Part shown: in pieces, positions 20,403 to 30,897 of the stretch | Layout of the letters: every line of letters starts with the position of its first letter | How positions within the stretch are numbered: the stretch's first letter is position 1 | From: a bacterium | GTDB taxonomy: Bacteria > Patescibacteriota > Minisyncoccia > JAHIHE01 > JAGLIN01 | Direction: 5' to 3' | DNA: 64,000 bases | Assembly (NCBI GenBank): GCA_030638825.1 | Contig: DAOWDU010000011.1 | Coordinates: 5,675-69,674, forward strand | Made by a program: the position numbers and the translations under genes | Notes under the pieces: model-generated | What the model was told of the DNA's origin: nothing | The model's database searches: none | The model's input: only the letters and a program-made list of their open reading frames with translations

Positions 20403-21506
20403 TTATTCTTCAAATCCTCTTAAAGCCAAGCCAACGGCGACGGAAAAACTTGTTGATATCTGGTTTAGCTTTTTGGACAATACTTTGTCGTAGGCAATAT
20501 TTTTCCAAGGGCTGGCGATTTCTACTGCAATAGAAAGTTCTTTGGAGAAATAACTAATTAATCCAGGCAGGCTCGCTGAGCTTCCTGATATAATTATTTT
20601 GTTGATATTTTTCTTATTTCTATTGAAATAAGAATCGTTTACTTTTTTAATTTCCGATGTAAGTATATTGACAATCGGCAGCGCGATTTCAGAGACCTTT
20701 TTTTGCGGGCCATCAAAAGTTAAACCGACATCTCTTTTTAAGGCTTCCGCTCTGTTAAAATCAATGTTAAATCCATGGCTTATCATTTTAGTTATCTCTT
20801 CTCCTCCAGCTCCTGGCGTGCTATGACTTTCTAAAACAGAGCCGTTTTTGACAACTATTATGCTCGTTGTTTTGTTTCCAATGTCAACAATCATAGAAGC
20901 TTCCTTATTGTTTCCAACCAACGATCTTGCTAACGAAAATGATTCAGTTTCCAAAGCAACTAACCTCAAGTCTGTTTGTTTGATAATGTCAGTATATTTC
21001 TTCGTTATTTCTCTTGGAATAGCAACGAGCAACACAGTTATTTTTTTATTTTGTTTTAAGCTGGTGTCTTGCTTGTCAAGATTTTCTTCTGCGGTTTCTT
21101 TGTTTACAATGCTCCAATCAAAAACAACTTCGTCTAATGGCAATGGTATATACTGTCTGGCTTCATAATTAACAGCTTCGCTAATCTCATTTTCCGGAAT
21201 GTCCGGCAATTCCATAATGGATGAAAAAGCAGAGGATATTGGGATTGAAATGGTTGTCTCTTTGGCTGTTATCCCCGCTTCGTTGATGATTTTTAGCAAG
21301 TCGTTTAATATTTCAGTATCTGACATTTTTACATCTGCCGCTCTTCTTCCGTTGCTTAAAATTTCCATATATTCCTTCGTTTCAGTGTAAGCGTAATTTT
21401 CCAATTTTATTTCTTTGCCATTTGATCCAAGCTGGACCATTCTTATTCCCGTGGTTCCTATATCAATTCCCAAAGAACTGCAGGGTTTCTTTTTAAATAA
21501 ATCCAT
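20403..21506 (-). CDS. pilM: Type IV pilus assembly protein PilM
   Basis: LGIDIG, EARQYIPLP, VDIG, AVGLALRG; actin-like fold. Confidence 0.93.
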   Translation of the reverse strand: MDLFKKKPCSSLGIDIGTTGIRMVQLGSNGKEIKLENYAYTETKEYMEILSNGRRAADVKMSDTEILNDLLKIINEAGITAKETTISIPISSAFSSIMELPDIPENEISEAVNYEARQYIPLPLDEVVFDWSIVNKETAEENLDKQDTSLKQNKKITVLLVAIPREITKKYTDIIKQTDLRLVALETESFSLARSLVGNNKEASMIVDIGNKTTSIIVVKNGSVLESHSTPGAGGEEITKMISHGFNIDFNRAEALKRDVGLTFDGPQKKVSEIALPIVNILTSEIKKVNDSYFNRNKKNINKIIISGSSASLPGLISYFSKELSIAVEIASPWKNIAYDKVLSKKLNQISTSFSVAVGLALRGFEE

Positions 21507-21532
21507 AAATAAATTGTTACATTGTTAAATAT

Positions 21533-22054
21533 TTATTCTTCGTTTCTCACCTTAACTTTCATTGAAGCGTTCTTTTCTATTTTCGGAAGTTTAACCGTAA
21601 GAATGCCGTTTTTGATTGTCGCTTCAACTCCTTCTGTTTTAATATCGCTTGGCAAAATAATTGAACGCGAAAAATTCCCCCAAAAACATTCTTGATAATA
21701 ATAATCGTCAGCTACGACATTGTCAGGATTTTCTCTCTTTCCTTTGATAGTCACCATATCGCTCGTAACGGAAATATCTAAGTTTTCAGGTCGGACGCCG
21801 CCAATAATTGATTTTACAACAATGAGTTCTTTTGTTTTGTAAACATCTACTGTCAACTGGCCTTCTTCGTTAATATCATCTTCTTTTCCTGAAAGCCATT
21901 CCTTGTCAATTTTTTTGTTTTCAGAATTATTCTCGTCAGTGTCTCCGTTGTCCGCTTCATTCTCGTTTGTTGTTTCTGTTTCTTTTTCTTCATCAGAATC
22001 AGAACTAACAATTCTGTTTAAAAATGATTTTTTTTGTTTTGTCATATTATTCAT
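21533..22054 (-). CDS. Hsp20/alpha-crystallin small heat-shock protein
   Basis: EGQLTVDVY, QECFWGNFSRSIILP, KNGILTVKLPK; start uncertain (22054 or 22045). Confidence 0.92.
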   Translation of the reverse strand: MNNMTKQKKSFLNRIVSSDSDEEKETETTNENEADNGDTDENNSENKKIDKEWLSGKEDDINEEGQLTVDVYKTKELIVVKSIIGGVRPENLDISVTSDMVTIKGKRENPDNVVADDYYYQECFWGNFSRSIILPSDIKTEGVEATIKNGILTVKLPKIEKNASMKVKVRNEE

Positions 22055-22164
22055 ATTAACATTTAAATATATAAACATTTAAACACAAATTTTAAAATAT
22101 AAAAAGCGACTGCTTGTTTATATGTTTACATGTTTACACGATTACATTATACCATTTTTAAAAA

Positions 22165-25100
22165 TTACAACAAGGACTTTATTTTTTCTTTCAGTTTTTT
22201 TATTTTTTTTTCGCTTTCCATAAATTTTTCTCTTTCTTTTTCAACAATTTCCCGCGGAGCATTGCCGACAAAATCATCATTGCCAAGTTTTGTTTTTATC
22301 TGGAAAATATATTTTTCTATATTTTCTATTTTTTTTTCTAAATTCTTTTTTTCTTTTTCTTTGTCAATTATTCCCTCTAAATAAATTTCAATATCGCCAA
22401 CAACTAAATAAACCGCGTCTTTGATTTTATCGTCCTTTTCTTTTATTTCTAATTTATCAATTCCAGTTCTGAGATTTTTGATTAAATGCGCTTGTGATTT
22501 GATAAATTCTTTTTTATTTCCAGCGTAAATTACAGCTTCAATTTTTTTACCTGGCTCAACCTTATATTCCGCGCGCGCGTTGCGAATGGCTTTAATAATA
22601 TTTTGAATTATTTCAAAATCGCGGGCTGTTGTGATTGTAGGGAACGGGCATGCCTGTTCCCTACAATCACGGTCAGCCCACTTTTCCACCATCAGTAAAT
22701 TTTCACTGTCTAAATTCTTCCAAATTTCTTCTGTCACAAACGGAATAAAAGGGTGAAATAAAATTAAAACTTGTTTTAAAATATAATTTAAAATCTCATT
22801 TTTATTTTTTTCAATTTTAGAAATTTCAATATACCAGTCAGCGAAATCGTTCCAGGTAAATTCTTTTATTTTTTCGCCAGCTTGCGAAAATTTATAATTA
22901 TTCAAATCATCTGTGACTTCTTTAGTTAAATTGTTTAGATTATTTAAGATCCATTTATCTGCTAATGTGGCATCAGAAGCTGGGCTTCCAATTGGAAGCC
23001 CAGCTTCTTTAGTATTATCAATATTCATAATAATATACCGTGAAACATTCCACAACTTATTCACAAAATTCCGATACCCTTCAACTTTTTCTTCATACAT
23101 CTTAATGTCATTTCCTGGACTGGATCCGATAATCATACTCAATCTCAAAGCGTCCGTTCCGTATTTCTCGATCATCTCGATCGGATCAATCCCATTTCCA
23201 AGAGACTTGCTCATTTTCTTTCCCTGCTTATCTCGTACCATTCCATGCAAATAAACATTTTCAAACGGGACTTCGCCAAGCGTATAAGTCGTCATCAAAA
23301 TCATTCTTGCCACCCAAAAAAACAAAATATCATAACCCGTTTCCATCACGCTTGTTGGATGAAACTTTTTCAAATCTGGACTATTCGCAACCCAATCTTC
23401 AAAAGTTTTATATTTCTCGTGATCCTGATTTAATAAAGTTGAAAATGTCCAAAGACCTGAGGAGAACCAGGTGTCTAGAGTGTCGGTGTCCTGTGTCCAG
23501 TTTTTTCCTTCTGGTGGATTAGTCCCAATATATATTTCTTGATTTTTATATTTCTTACCTTTCGGTATCATAGTATATACTATGGAACTATTATCAAATT
23601 TATTATTTAATTCATATTTCCATCCCGCTTGCCACTCTTTTGTTTTTCTCCAATCTTCATTAATCGCTTGCTCCCAAGTTCTATTTTTTAAAATTACATC
23701 TAGCGCTAACTGTGGAGCTTTGTGCGCAACAATAGCAATTTTTTTACCTTGATATTTATCTATTAAATCATTAAGAAAATCCCTGATTCTTTTTTCAACA
23801 TCTTTATAGCTCTCGCCCTTTGGAAATGGTTTGTCTATTACATTTTTTTCTATCACCAAAATTTCAGACGCACCAGCTTGTGTTAAATCTCCATAATCAC
23901 ACTCACGCAATCTTTCATCCTGAATGATTTTTACACCTCTATCACTAAACGTTAGGCTTGCAGAATCAACTGCTCGTTTCAAATCTGAACAAAATACAAT
24001 ATCAAATTTCTCATTTTCAATTGTTTTCTTTAAATCTTTTGACTGCTGAATTCCTAATTTTGATAATTTTACATCATAATGACCAGACGCTTTATTCTTC
24101 TCATTATCAATCGTCGTCCCATGAACAAAATAAGTAATATCAATTCCTGATTCCTGATTCCTGATTCCTGATTCATTTTTATACCAAACCGGAATCCGAT
24201 GCCCAAACCATAACTGACGGGAAATACACCAATCATGCAAATTTTCCATCCAATTATGATATGTTTTTTCAAATCTTTCAGGAATGATTTCAATTTTCTT
24301 GTCATTTTTTTCATCAGCTTTATTCACCACTTCCAAAGCAATTTCCTTCAAGGACTTATTTTGAAAATATTTATTTCCTCCAATTGTAATTTTCTTGTCA
24401 ACGGCGACAAACCATTGTTTTGATGGCAAAGGTTCAATCGGGGTATCACAGCGGTAGCAAATGCTTAAACTTTGATCTACTTCTTCAACTTTTTCAATTA
24501 AATTATTTTTCTCAAAATACTGGACTATTTTTTCTCGCGCTTCTAAAACTGTTAGTCCTTCATAATCTTTTCCTGCGTTCTCATTCATCTTCCCGTCTTC
24601 GCCAATAATTTTTATTTTCTCCAAATCATTTTTCTCTGCCATTTCCCAGTCAGTCATACTGTGCGCGGGAGTTACTCCTAATGCCCCAGTTCCAAACTTT
24701 ATTTCAACTTCTCTATCTGAAATAATTTTAATTTTATGTTTGCCATTTCCTAAATTTATTTCAAAAACTTTGCCAATATACTTTTTATATCTCTCATCTT
24801 TTGGATTAACAGCAACCGCTGTATCGCCTAACTTTGTTTCTGGTCTTGTTGTCGCGATTGTGATTGGAAAGTCTTTGTCATATTTAAAATAATACAGTTT
24901 CCCTTTTTGCTCTTCGTGTTCAACTTCATCATCCGCTAAAGTTGATTCGCATCTTGGGCACCAGTTGACAATTCTGTCTCCTCTATATATTAATTTATCA
25001 TTGAACATTTTTGTAAATACTTCCCTCACTGCGCGTGATAATCCATCATCAAGTGTGTATCTTTCCCTTGACCAATCGCAAGAAGAACCCATTTTTCTGG

Positions 25101-25512
25101 TTTGATTTTTAATTGTACTTTTTGAATTTTCTACATATTCATTTACTCGCTCCAGAAATTTCTCTCTGCCTAAATCATATTTCGTCTTCCCCTCTTTTGC
25201 GATTATCTTTTCTACTTTCGTCTGTGTCGCGATTGAAGCGTGGTCTGTTCCAGGAAGCCATAAAGTATTTTTTCCTTTCATTCTATTATACCTAATCATC
25301 AAATCCTGATAAGCAAGCATTGAAGCATGTCCTAAATGCAAAACTCCCGTCGCATTCGGCGGCGGCATTGAGATTGAAAAGTTTTGTAGGGAACAGGTAT
25401 GCCTGTTCCCTACAAAACTATTCGGATTAAAAAAACCAGACTTTTCCCAAGTCTTATAAATTTTATCTTCCACCTCTTGAGGATCATATGCTTTTGGAAT
25501 TTCTTTTTTCAT
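22165..25512 (-). CDS. valS: Valine--tRNA ligase with inserted histidine-phosphatase domain
   Basis: PPPNATGVLHLGH, DWCISRQLWFGHRIP, DTWFSS, KMSKS; insert ITYFVHG...SDLKRA...RLRECDYG...IVAH. Confidence 0.97.
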   Translation of the reverse strand: MKKEIPKAYDPQEVEDKIYKTWEKSGFFNPNSFVGNRHTCSLQNFSISMPPPNATGVLHLGHASMLAYQDLMIRYNRMKGKNTLWLPGTDHASIATQTKVEKIIAKEGKTKYDLGREKFLERVNEYVENSKSTIKNQTRKMGSSCDWSRERYTLDDGLSRAVREVFTKMFNDKLIYRGDRIVNWCPRCESTLADDEVEHEEQKGKLYYFKYDKDFPITIATTRPETKLGDTAVAVNPKDERYKKYIGKVFEINLGNGKHKIKIISDREVEIKFGTGALGVTPAHSMTDWEMAEKNDLEKIKIIGEDGKMNENAGKDYEGLTVLEAREKIVQYFEKNNLIEKVEEVDQSLSICYRCDTPIEPLPSKQWFVAVDKKITIGGNKYFQNKSLKEIALEVVNKADEKNDKKIEIIPERFEKTYHNWMENLHDWCISRQLWFGHRIPVWYKNESGIRNQESGIDITYFVHGTTIDNEKNKASGHYDVKLSKLGIQQSKDLKKTIENEKFDIVFCSDLKRAVDSASLTFSDRGVKIIQDERLRECDYGDLTQAGASEILVIEKNVIDKPFPKGESYKDVEKRIRDFLNDLIDKYQGKKIAIVAHKAPQLALDVILKNRTWEQAINEDWRKTKEWQAGWKYELNNKFDNSSIVYTMIPKGKKYKNQEIYIGTNPPEGKNWTQDTDTLDTWFSSGLWTFSTLLNQDHEKYKTFEDWVANSPDLKKFHPTSVMETGYDILFFWVARMILMTTYTLGEVPFENVYLHGMVRDKQGKKMSKSLGNGIDPIEMIEKYGTDALRLSMIIGSSPGNDIKMYEEKVEGYRNFVNKLWNVSRYIIMNIDNTKEAGLPIGSPASDATLADKWILNNLNNLTKEVTDDLNNYKFSQAGEKIKEFTWNDFADWYIEISKIEKNKNEILNYILKQVLILFHPFIPFVTEEIWKNLDSENLLMVEKWADRDCREQACPFPTITTARDFEIIQNIIKAIRNARAEYKVEPGKKIEAVIYAGNKKEFIKSQAHLIKNLRTGIDKLEIKEKDDKIKDAVYLVVGDIEIYLEGIIDKEKEKKNLEKKIENIEKYIFQIKTKLGNDDFVGNAPREIVEKEREKFMESEKKIKKLKEKIKSLL

Positions 25513-25633
25513 AAGAATAGTCTAACATAGATTTGAGAATAAATAAAACATATAAGCATTTAAATTTCGTTTGTGTGTTTGTGTGTTTTTATGCTATAAT
25601 ATGTTTATTACAAAATCATTTTAAAACAAAAAT

Positions 25634-28030
25634 ATGAACTTGAAATCAAGAAGCGTTTTTAAAAATATTCCTGGTGTGTTTTTGTTGTTGTTTGTCGTTG
25701 TCGCTGTTTTTATTCCATTAGGAGAAGCAAAAGCATTAGATCTTATTTCTTTTGATATTTTTAGCAGTTTAACGGAATGGACTGCTAAATTGTTAAAAGG
25801 AGATAGCGCAGTTATGACGACTATTTATTGGTTTGCATATCGGGTAATAAGTCTGGGCTTGTATTTCACGACGGTGTTGGTCTATTTCGGTTCCTGGCTG
25901 GTTGATGTTTTTCTTGACGAAGATATTTACGCGAGTGTTCTTAATATGAACGATTCAACTTCAGCGGTCGCTATCGGCTGGAGAACTGTTCGAGATGCTT
26001 GCAACACCTTTTTTATTTTATTTCTTCTGGTAATCGCTTTTTCCACAATCTTGCGAATTCAAGCGTATAGCGCCAAAAGTTTGCTTCCTAAATTGATAAT
26101 CTCTCTCTTTTTAATAAACTTCAGCGCAGTTATCGCAATGATGGTTATTGATCTGGGACAGGTTTTTATGTTTGAAATAAAGACCTGGATGGGAGCGGGA
26201 GGTTTTTCTGCTCCTAGCGGCGCCGGCAGTCCGCTGACTACAATCGTGGACTATTTTCATAACGAATATGGCTTGCACGAACCGCCGCCTTCAGGGGCAT
26301 ATTTAATGTCAGATGTCGTTGGCGTTATGTTTGCGGTTGCTTATTCCGCTATTCTCGGTCTTCTCTATATTATGCTGGCGCTGTTCCTAATGGTTCGGAT
26401 TATAGTTTTCGTAATCCTGATCATAATTTCTCCGTTTGCTTTTTTCAGTATGATCTTGCCAGGAATGAGGACATACACTTCCCAATGGTGGCAGAGTTTG
26501 GTAAGCCACGCCATCTTCGGTCCCGTTTTTCTCTTCTTCATTTTTCTGGCTAGCAAAATGGCGCAATCAATGCAGACATTTAATTCTACTGTTCCTGAAC
26601 CTGCGGATATGGAGCCCTTGTCTTACATAATCGCAAAATTAATCCCCCATATAGTCGCAATGGGAATGCTCATGGCGGCAATTCCCGTCACCCAAAAATT
26701 AGGCGTAGCCGGCGCCAACAAATTCATCGGCGGCGCGGCAGGGATTGGGAAGATTGGAATTGGAGCGGTGGCAGGAGCTAAGTTGGCGGGTGGGTTTGGG
26801 AAGAAGGTTGGGGCTCCTATAACAAGAAGAAGTGGTGTGCCTGATAAGATGAGAAGGGGAACTGATAATATTAAAGGTAGTATCGCTGAAAATAAATGGG
26901 CGCAAAAGGCTGGTATAAGCAAGATTATCTTAAGGGGAGATTCCAATAAATTTAGCAGTCAAAGAGATCAGGTTGAAAAAGAGAAAAAAGGATGGATTAA
27001 CAGTGCACAAAAAGATAATCTTTATGGAGAACTTAAAAATTCTAAGGGGAAGTCTAGCGCTGAAATTGCGGCAATTATTGAAAGAATGTCTGAAAAGAAA
27101 ATGCTTAATGAAAAAGATCTTAAAAGTCACAAGATTGAAGGTCAAACTTTGTCTAATATACTTTCAAGAGCAAAACCTGCTTTGGATGCAGACAAGCTTA
27201 AGGAGTCTATGCCACAATGGGCAGCGATAGTTGAAGCGGGACCGGGAAAAGGAAAGGAAAATATAATAAAAGGAAGAACCAAAGAAATTACAACTGAAAT
27301 GGTTGAAGAAAATAAGTTGAGTTCTTTGAATAATGCCGCTCTTGAGAGCGCTGATGTTATGAAGACAATATTTGATCAACATGATGATCCTGATAAATGG
27401 CTTTCTTCACAAAGTACAGCAAGACAGGATTCAGCAAATATAGGTTTGGAAAACTTGCTTAAAAAATACCAGAAAGAGATACACAACGAAGGCGTTGGAG
27501 GTGTAGATTTTAACAATGTAAATAATGCTGCTATCGGACATGCAAACCCTATAGGAAATACGGGAATGGACGGAGATAAACTCAGAAAAGAAATTGATAG
27601 CATACAAAAATCATTAGCCAAGAATGATAAAAATGGACATGAGAAACTCAATAGACCGACGATTCTTGCTAATGGAGAAATAGATATTGACCTTACTACT
27701 GGAAGAATAGATTTTGCTGGAGCGCCCATTCCAGTAGCAGGAACGCCAGAACATACAGCATGGGAAAGTAGAAGAAAAGAAACTGCAGAAGGAATGAAAG
27801 GTGAAACCGGATTCAAATATAAGAGTAGAGAATTTTATGAGGATATGGGGCAATATTTAGCTAAGGCTCAACTTGACACATTAAGAAAATCTGGGAACAC
27901 TGAACAAATGAGAGCAGCGAAAGATTCTATTCTTTCGCGTGGGGCACGTGTTGGTCATGTGAGTACCGCTTCTCCCGAAATTCGTAGCTATGTTAGTGTT
28001 GGAGGTAATACTTACTATGAAAACTTGTAA
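25634..28030 (+). CDS. Polytopic membrane protein, VirB6/TrbL-like, long soluble C-tail
   Basis: GWRTVRDACN, LPKLII..INFS, IISPFAF..ILP..QWW pattern; heads the PrgI/VirB4 cluster. Confidence 0.7.
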   Translation: MNLKSRSVFKNIPGVFLLLFVVVAVFIPLGEAKALDLISFDIFSSLTEWTAKLLKGDSAVMTTIYWFAYRVISLGLYFTTVLVYFGSWLVDVFLDEDIYASVLNMNDSTSAVAIGWRTVRDACNTFFILFLLVIAFSTILRIQAYSAKSLLPKLIISLFLINFSAVIAMMVIDLGQVFMFEIKTWMGAGGFSAPSGAGSPLTTIVDYFHNEYGLHEPPPSGAYLMSDVVGVMFAVAYSAILGLLYIMLALFLMVRIIVFVILIIISPFAFFSMILPGMRTYTSQWWQSLVSHAIFGPVFLFFIFLASKMAQSMQTFNSTVPEPADMEPLSYIIAKLIPHIVAMGMLMAAIPVTQKLGVAGANKFIGGAAGIGKIGIGAVAGAKLAGGFGKKVGAPITRRSGVPDKMRRGTDNIKGSIAENKWAQKAGISKIILRGDSNKFSSQRDQVEKEKKGWINSAQKDNLYGELKNSKGKSSAEIAAIIERMSEKKMLNEKDLKSHKIEGQTLSNILSRAKPALDADKLKESMPQWAAIVEAGPGKGKENIIKGRTKEITTEMVEENKLSSLNNAALESADVMKTIFDQHDDPDKWLSSQSTARQDSANIGLENLLKKYQKEIHNEGVGGVDFNNVNNAAIGHANPIGNTGMDGDKLRKEIDSIQKSLAKNDKNGHEKLNRPTILANGEIDIDLTTGRIDFAGAPIPVAGTPEHTAWESRRKETAEGMKGETGFKYKSREFYEDMGQYLAKAQLDTLRKSGNTEQMRAAKDSILSRGARVGHVSTASPEIRSYVSVGGNTYYENL

Positions 28031-28051
28031 ATTTAGAAAATCTATAGCATT

Positions 28052-28825
28052 ATGAAAGAAATATATATAGAAAGAATTAAAAAATTACCAGATTTTGTTC
28101 AAGATTCACTTGGCGAAAGTGCTGATGTGGCCAATATTAAAATAAGGGAAAATTATATATTTGATGAAGAAAAATTACTTTCTCTTTCAGATATCAAAGC
28201 TGAGATAATATTAAAAGATATAAGTATAGAAGAAATAAATAATAGAATTCAAAAAGAACTAAACCTTGATAATGAAGCTTCTAACAAAATAACCCTTATC
28301 ATTCTCACCGAAATTTTTTATCCGATTAAAAGTTATTTCCCGGGGATAGAAGATGAAATCCTGAAACTGGGCGGGGAAGTTCCAAAAATAAAGCCGAAGA
28401 AAATAAGCGAGCAGTTTTTGAAAAGAGAAGAAGAAATGGGAAGGATGAAAGAGGAAGAAAAAAGGAGAGAAGAAGAGAGAATAAAAGACACAATTATTAA
28501 AAAGCCGATTAAAGATTTGATAAAAGAATTTGCGGAAGTTGGCGAACAGCAGATTGGAAGCCAGAAAGCGATTATTTTGAAAGAGATGCCTGTGCCGATG
28601 AAGCCGCTCGTGAAGTATTGGATGAAGGATTATTTAGAAAAAATGGGACATTATGAGCACTCCAATATTGACCGTGTTAAATATGTCTATCATGATAAAA
28701 ATACCCGCAAAATGAATGACGAAGAAAGACGGCAATTGAATTTGATTCTGAAATCGCTGGATGAAGGGATTTTGCTGGCTTATTCTACGCGACTTAAAAA
28801 AATAGATTTTAGTAAAATGGATTAA
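28052..28825 (+). CDS. Hypothetical protein in T4SS-like cluster
   Basis: 257-aa co-oriented ORF. Confidence 0.7.
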   Translation: MKEIYIERIKKLPDFVQDSLGESADVANIKIRENYIFDEEKLLSLSDIKAEIILKDISIEEINNRIQKELNLDNEASNKITLIILTEIFYPIKSYFPGIEDEILKLGGEVPKIKPKKISEQFLKREEEMGRMKEEEKRREEERIKDTIIKKPIKDLIKEFAEVGEQQIGSQKAIILKEMPVPMKPLVKYWMKDYLEKMGHYEHSNIDRVKYVYHDKNTRKMNDEERRQLNLILKSLDEGILLAYSTRLKKIDFSKMD

Positions 28826-28828
28826 GAA

Positions 28829-28972
28829 ATAATTTCTAATTTTCAATTTCTAATTTCTATTAAATTTTCAAGGAATTAAGTTTCAAATAATATTTTGAAA
28901 ACAAGAATTTAGAACTTGAAGAATTTAGAACTTTAATAAAAATTAGAAATTAGAAATTGAAAATTTAAATTC
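28829..28972. repeat. Heptamer-array inverted repeat (AATTTCT / AGAAATT)
   Basis: AATTTCTAATTTTCAATTTCTAATTTCT ... AAATTAGAAATTAGAAATTGAAAATTT directly before the PrgI ATG. Confidence 0.8.
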
Positions 28973-29422
28973 ATGCAATACGGTGTTCCACAATTTATAA
29001 ATGTAGAGGATAAAATAGTTGGTCCTTTTACAGGGAAGCAAACGGTCTGCCTTATTGTCGGCGGCGGGATTTTGATGCTGTTCTTTTCAATTTTTGATTT
29101 TGTCTTTTTCGCGTTTGCGGCCATAATAATTATTCCTCTAACCCTGGCGTTTGCTTTTTGGAAACCAAAAGGGATTTCTGTTTTCAGGTTGATTTTAAAC
29201 AGAGTAAACTTTGGCGTTTCTAATCATCTTTATGTTTGGAGGAGAGAGCCTGATGACAGGATGTTTAAGGCAGCGCAAAAAGTAAAATCATCCAAAAAAA
29301 TAGCTGAAAAAAATGTTTCCAGAAATAGGATCAGAGAGCTAGCCTGGCTTCTTGATACAAGCACCTCTGTAAATCTTCCCTACGAAGTTAAGACAAGAGC
29401 GAGAGAAGGAATTAGAAAATAA
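28973..29422 (+). CDS. PrgI family protein
   Basis: MQYGVPQFINVEDKIVGPFTGKQ, two TM helices, YVWRR. Confidence 0.88.
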   Translation: MQYGVPQFINVEDKIVGPFTGKQTVCLIVGGGILMLFFSIFDFVFFAFAAIIIIPLTLAFAFWKPKGISVFRLILNRVNFGVSNHLYVWRREPDDRMFKAAQKVKSSKKIAEKNVSRNRIRELAWLLDTSTSVNLPYEVKTRAREGIRK

Positions 29423-29508
29423 TGTGGAGTGCGTTGTCAGTATTGGTGTGTTGTTGTTTAGTGGAGCTCAAAGAATTGAAATAAGTTCTTAATTTCAAAA
29501 TCCAAATT

Positions 29509-29922
29509 ATGTCAAATTATTCCAAATCAAATCCAAATTTAAAAACTCAAAAGATTTATGATCTAGAAGAAAGAACAGCTATATTTGGAGAAAATGTAGT
29601 AGAGTTCTGTAAATCTTTACCTCAAAATAATATAAGCATTCCATTGCTTAGGCAGGTAATCAGATCAGGAACAAGTGTAGGAGCAAATTATTGCGAAGCA
29701 GATGGAGCAGAATCAGGAAAAGATTTTAAGCATAAGATTGCCATTTGTAAAAAGGAATCAAAAGAAACAAAGCATTGGTTCCGAATGATTGCCAAAGCTC
29801 TTCCAGATAAAGCTAATGAATGTCGAAAACTATGGAAAGAAGCTCAAGAATTAACTTTAATTTTTTCTTCTATTTTAAATCCAAAAAAGAAAGACAAAGA
29901 CAAAATAAGCGATAAACAATGA
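29509..29922 (+). CDS. Four-helix-bundle protein (23S rRNA IVP/Avd-like family)
   Basis: YDLEERT, QVIRSGTSVGANYCEA, FKHKIAICKKESKETKHW, EAQEL..IF. Confidence 0.93.
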   Translation: MSNYSKSNPNLKTQKIYDLEERTAIFGENVVEFCKSLPQNNISIPLLRQVIRSGTSVGANYCEADGAESGKDFKHKIAICKKESKETKHWFRMIAKALPDKANECRKLWKEAQELTLIFSSILNPKKKDKDKISDKQ

Positions 29923-30064
29923 GTAATTTTAGCATTTGATATTTGAATTTGATTTGGAATAATTTGAGCTTTGGAATAATTTGGAATTTATAAACCTATT
30001 TTAGCAAAATAAATTATCATTCACTCTTTATAATTTTTTATTTTCAACCTCTAACCCTAACATC

Positions 30065-30739
30065 ATGTCTACTCCCCTCAAACAAAAAAAAATAGGTCTA
30101 AGTTCCCAAAAATATCTGGAGATCGCCGAGATAAAAGATGGCGTTGTTGTGATGAAAAATACAAGCCTGAAAGCTGTTTTGATGGTTTCTTCCATAAACT
30201 TTGCGTTGAAATCCATTGACGAGCAAGACGCTATCATTTATCATTTTCAGAGTTTTTTGAACTCCATTGATTTTTCGGTCCAAATAGTTATAAATTCCAG
30301 ACAATTAAATCTGGACAATTATTTGCGCGCGCTTAAAGATCAAGAGAAAAAACAAAGCAACGAGCTTTTACGAATGCAAACTTCCAGTTATATAGAATAT
30401 ATTCAGGGACTTATTAAGATGGCCAATATCGTAAGCAAAACATTTTATATCGTTATTCCTTTCGCGCCTTCGGAGTCCAGAGGCGACGGACTTATGTCAA
30501 AAATGAAAGCAGTGGCTAATCCAGCCAAACTTATGTCAGGCAGAGAATCGTTTGAAAAATATAAAGATCAACTGCTGCAAAGAGTTGACCATGTTATAGA
30601 AAATTTAAGTGGAGCAGGGTTGCGAATGACCATGCTCAATACACAGGAGCTGATAGAGCTTTATTACAATTTATACAATCCCGAAATTTCAGAAAAAAAA
30701 GGTTTAGCGGATGTGGAGGAATTGGATCTGGCTCGTTAA
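30065..30739 (+). CDS. Conserved T4SS-cluster protein (TraC/VirB4 N-terminal-like partner)
   Basis: VSSINFALKSIDEQDAII, FLNSIDFSVQI, ELIELYYNLYNP; immediately upstream of the VirB4-like ATPase. Confidence 0.75.
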   Translation: MSTPLKQKKIGLSSQKYLEIAEIKDGVVVMKNTSLKAVLMVSSINFALKSIDEQDAIIYHFQSFLNSIDFSVQIVINSRQLNLDNYLRALKDQEKKQSNELLRMQTSSYIEYIQGLIKMANIVSKTFYIVIPFAPSESRGDGLMSKMKAVANPAKLMSGRESFEKYKDQLLQRVDHVIENLSGAGLRMTMLNTQELIELYYNLYNPEISEKKGLADVEELDLAR

Positions 30740-30749
30740 ATTAAAAATT

Positions 30750-30867
30750 AAAATTGTTCCAAATTACTCCAAATCAAATCTAAAATCCAAATCTTAAAAA
30801 TAAATTTTAGTATTTGAAATTTGGATTTGATTTGGAATAATTTGAGCTTTGGAACAATTTGGATTTT
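30750..30867. repeat. Gene-less copy of the inverted arms that flank the four-helix-bundle gene
   Basis: 30805-30867 matches 29927-29989 at 58/63 nt; left arm CAAATTACTCCAAATCAAATC vs CAAATTATTCCAAATCAAATC. Confidence 0.9.
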
Positions 30868-30897
30868 TATAGATTAAATTATTATAATAAAAAATAT

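Noticed and set aside
29509-29922. Diversity-generating retroelement (Avd-like gene)
   Set aside because: No reverse transcriptase and no TR/VR pair with adenine-specific mismatches found; the 75-bp repeat at 3337/3547 is identical.
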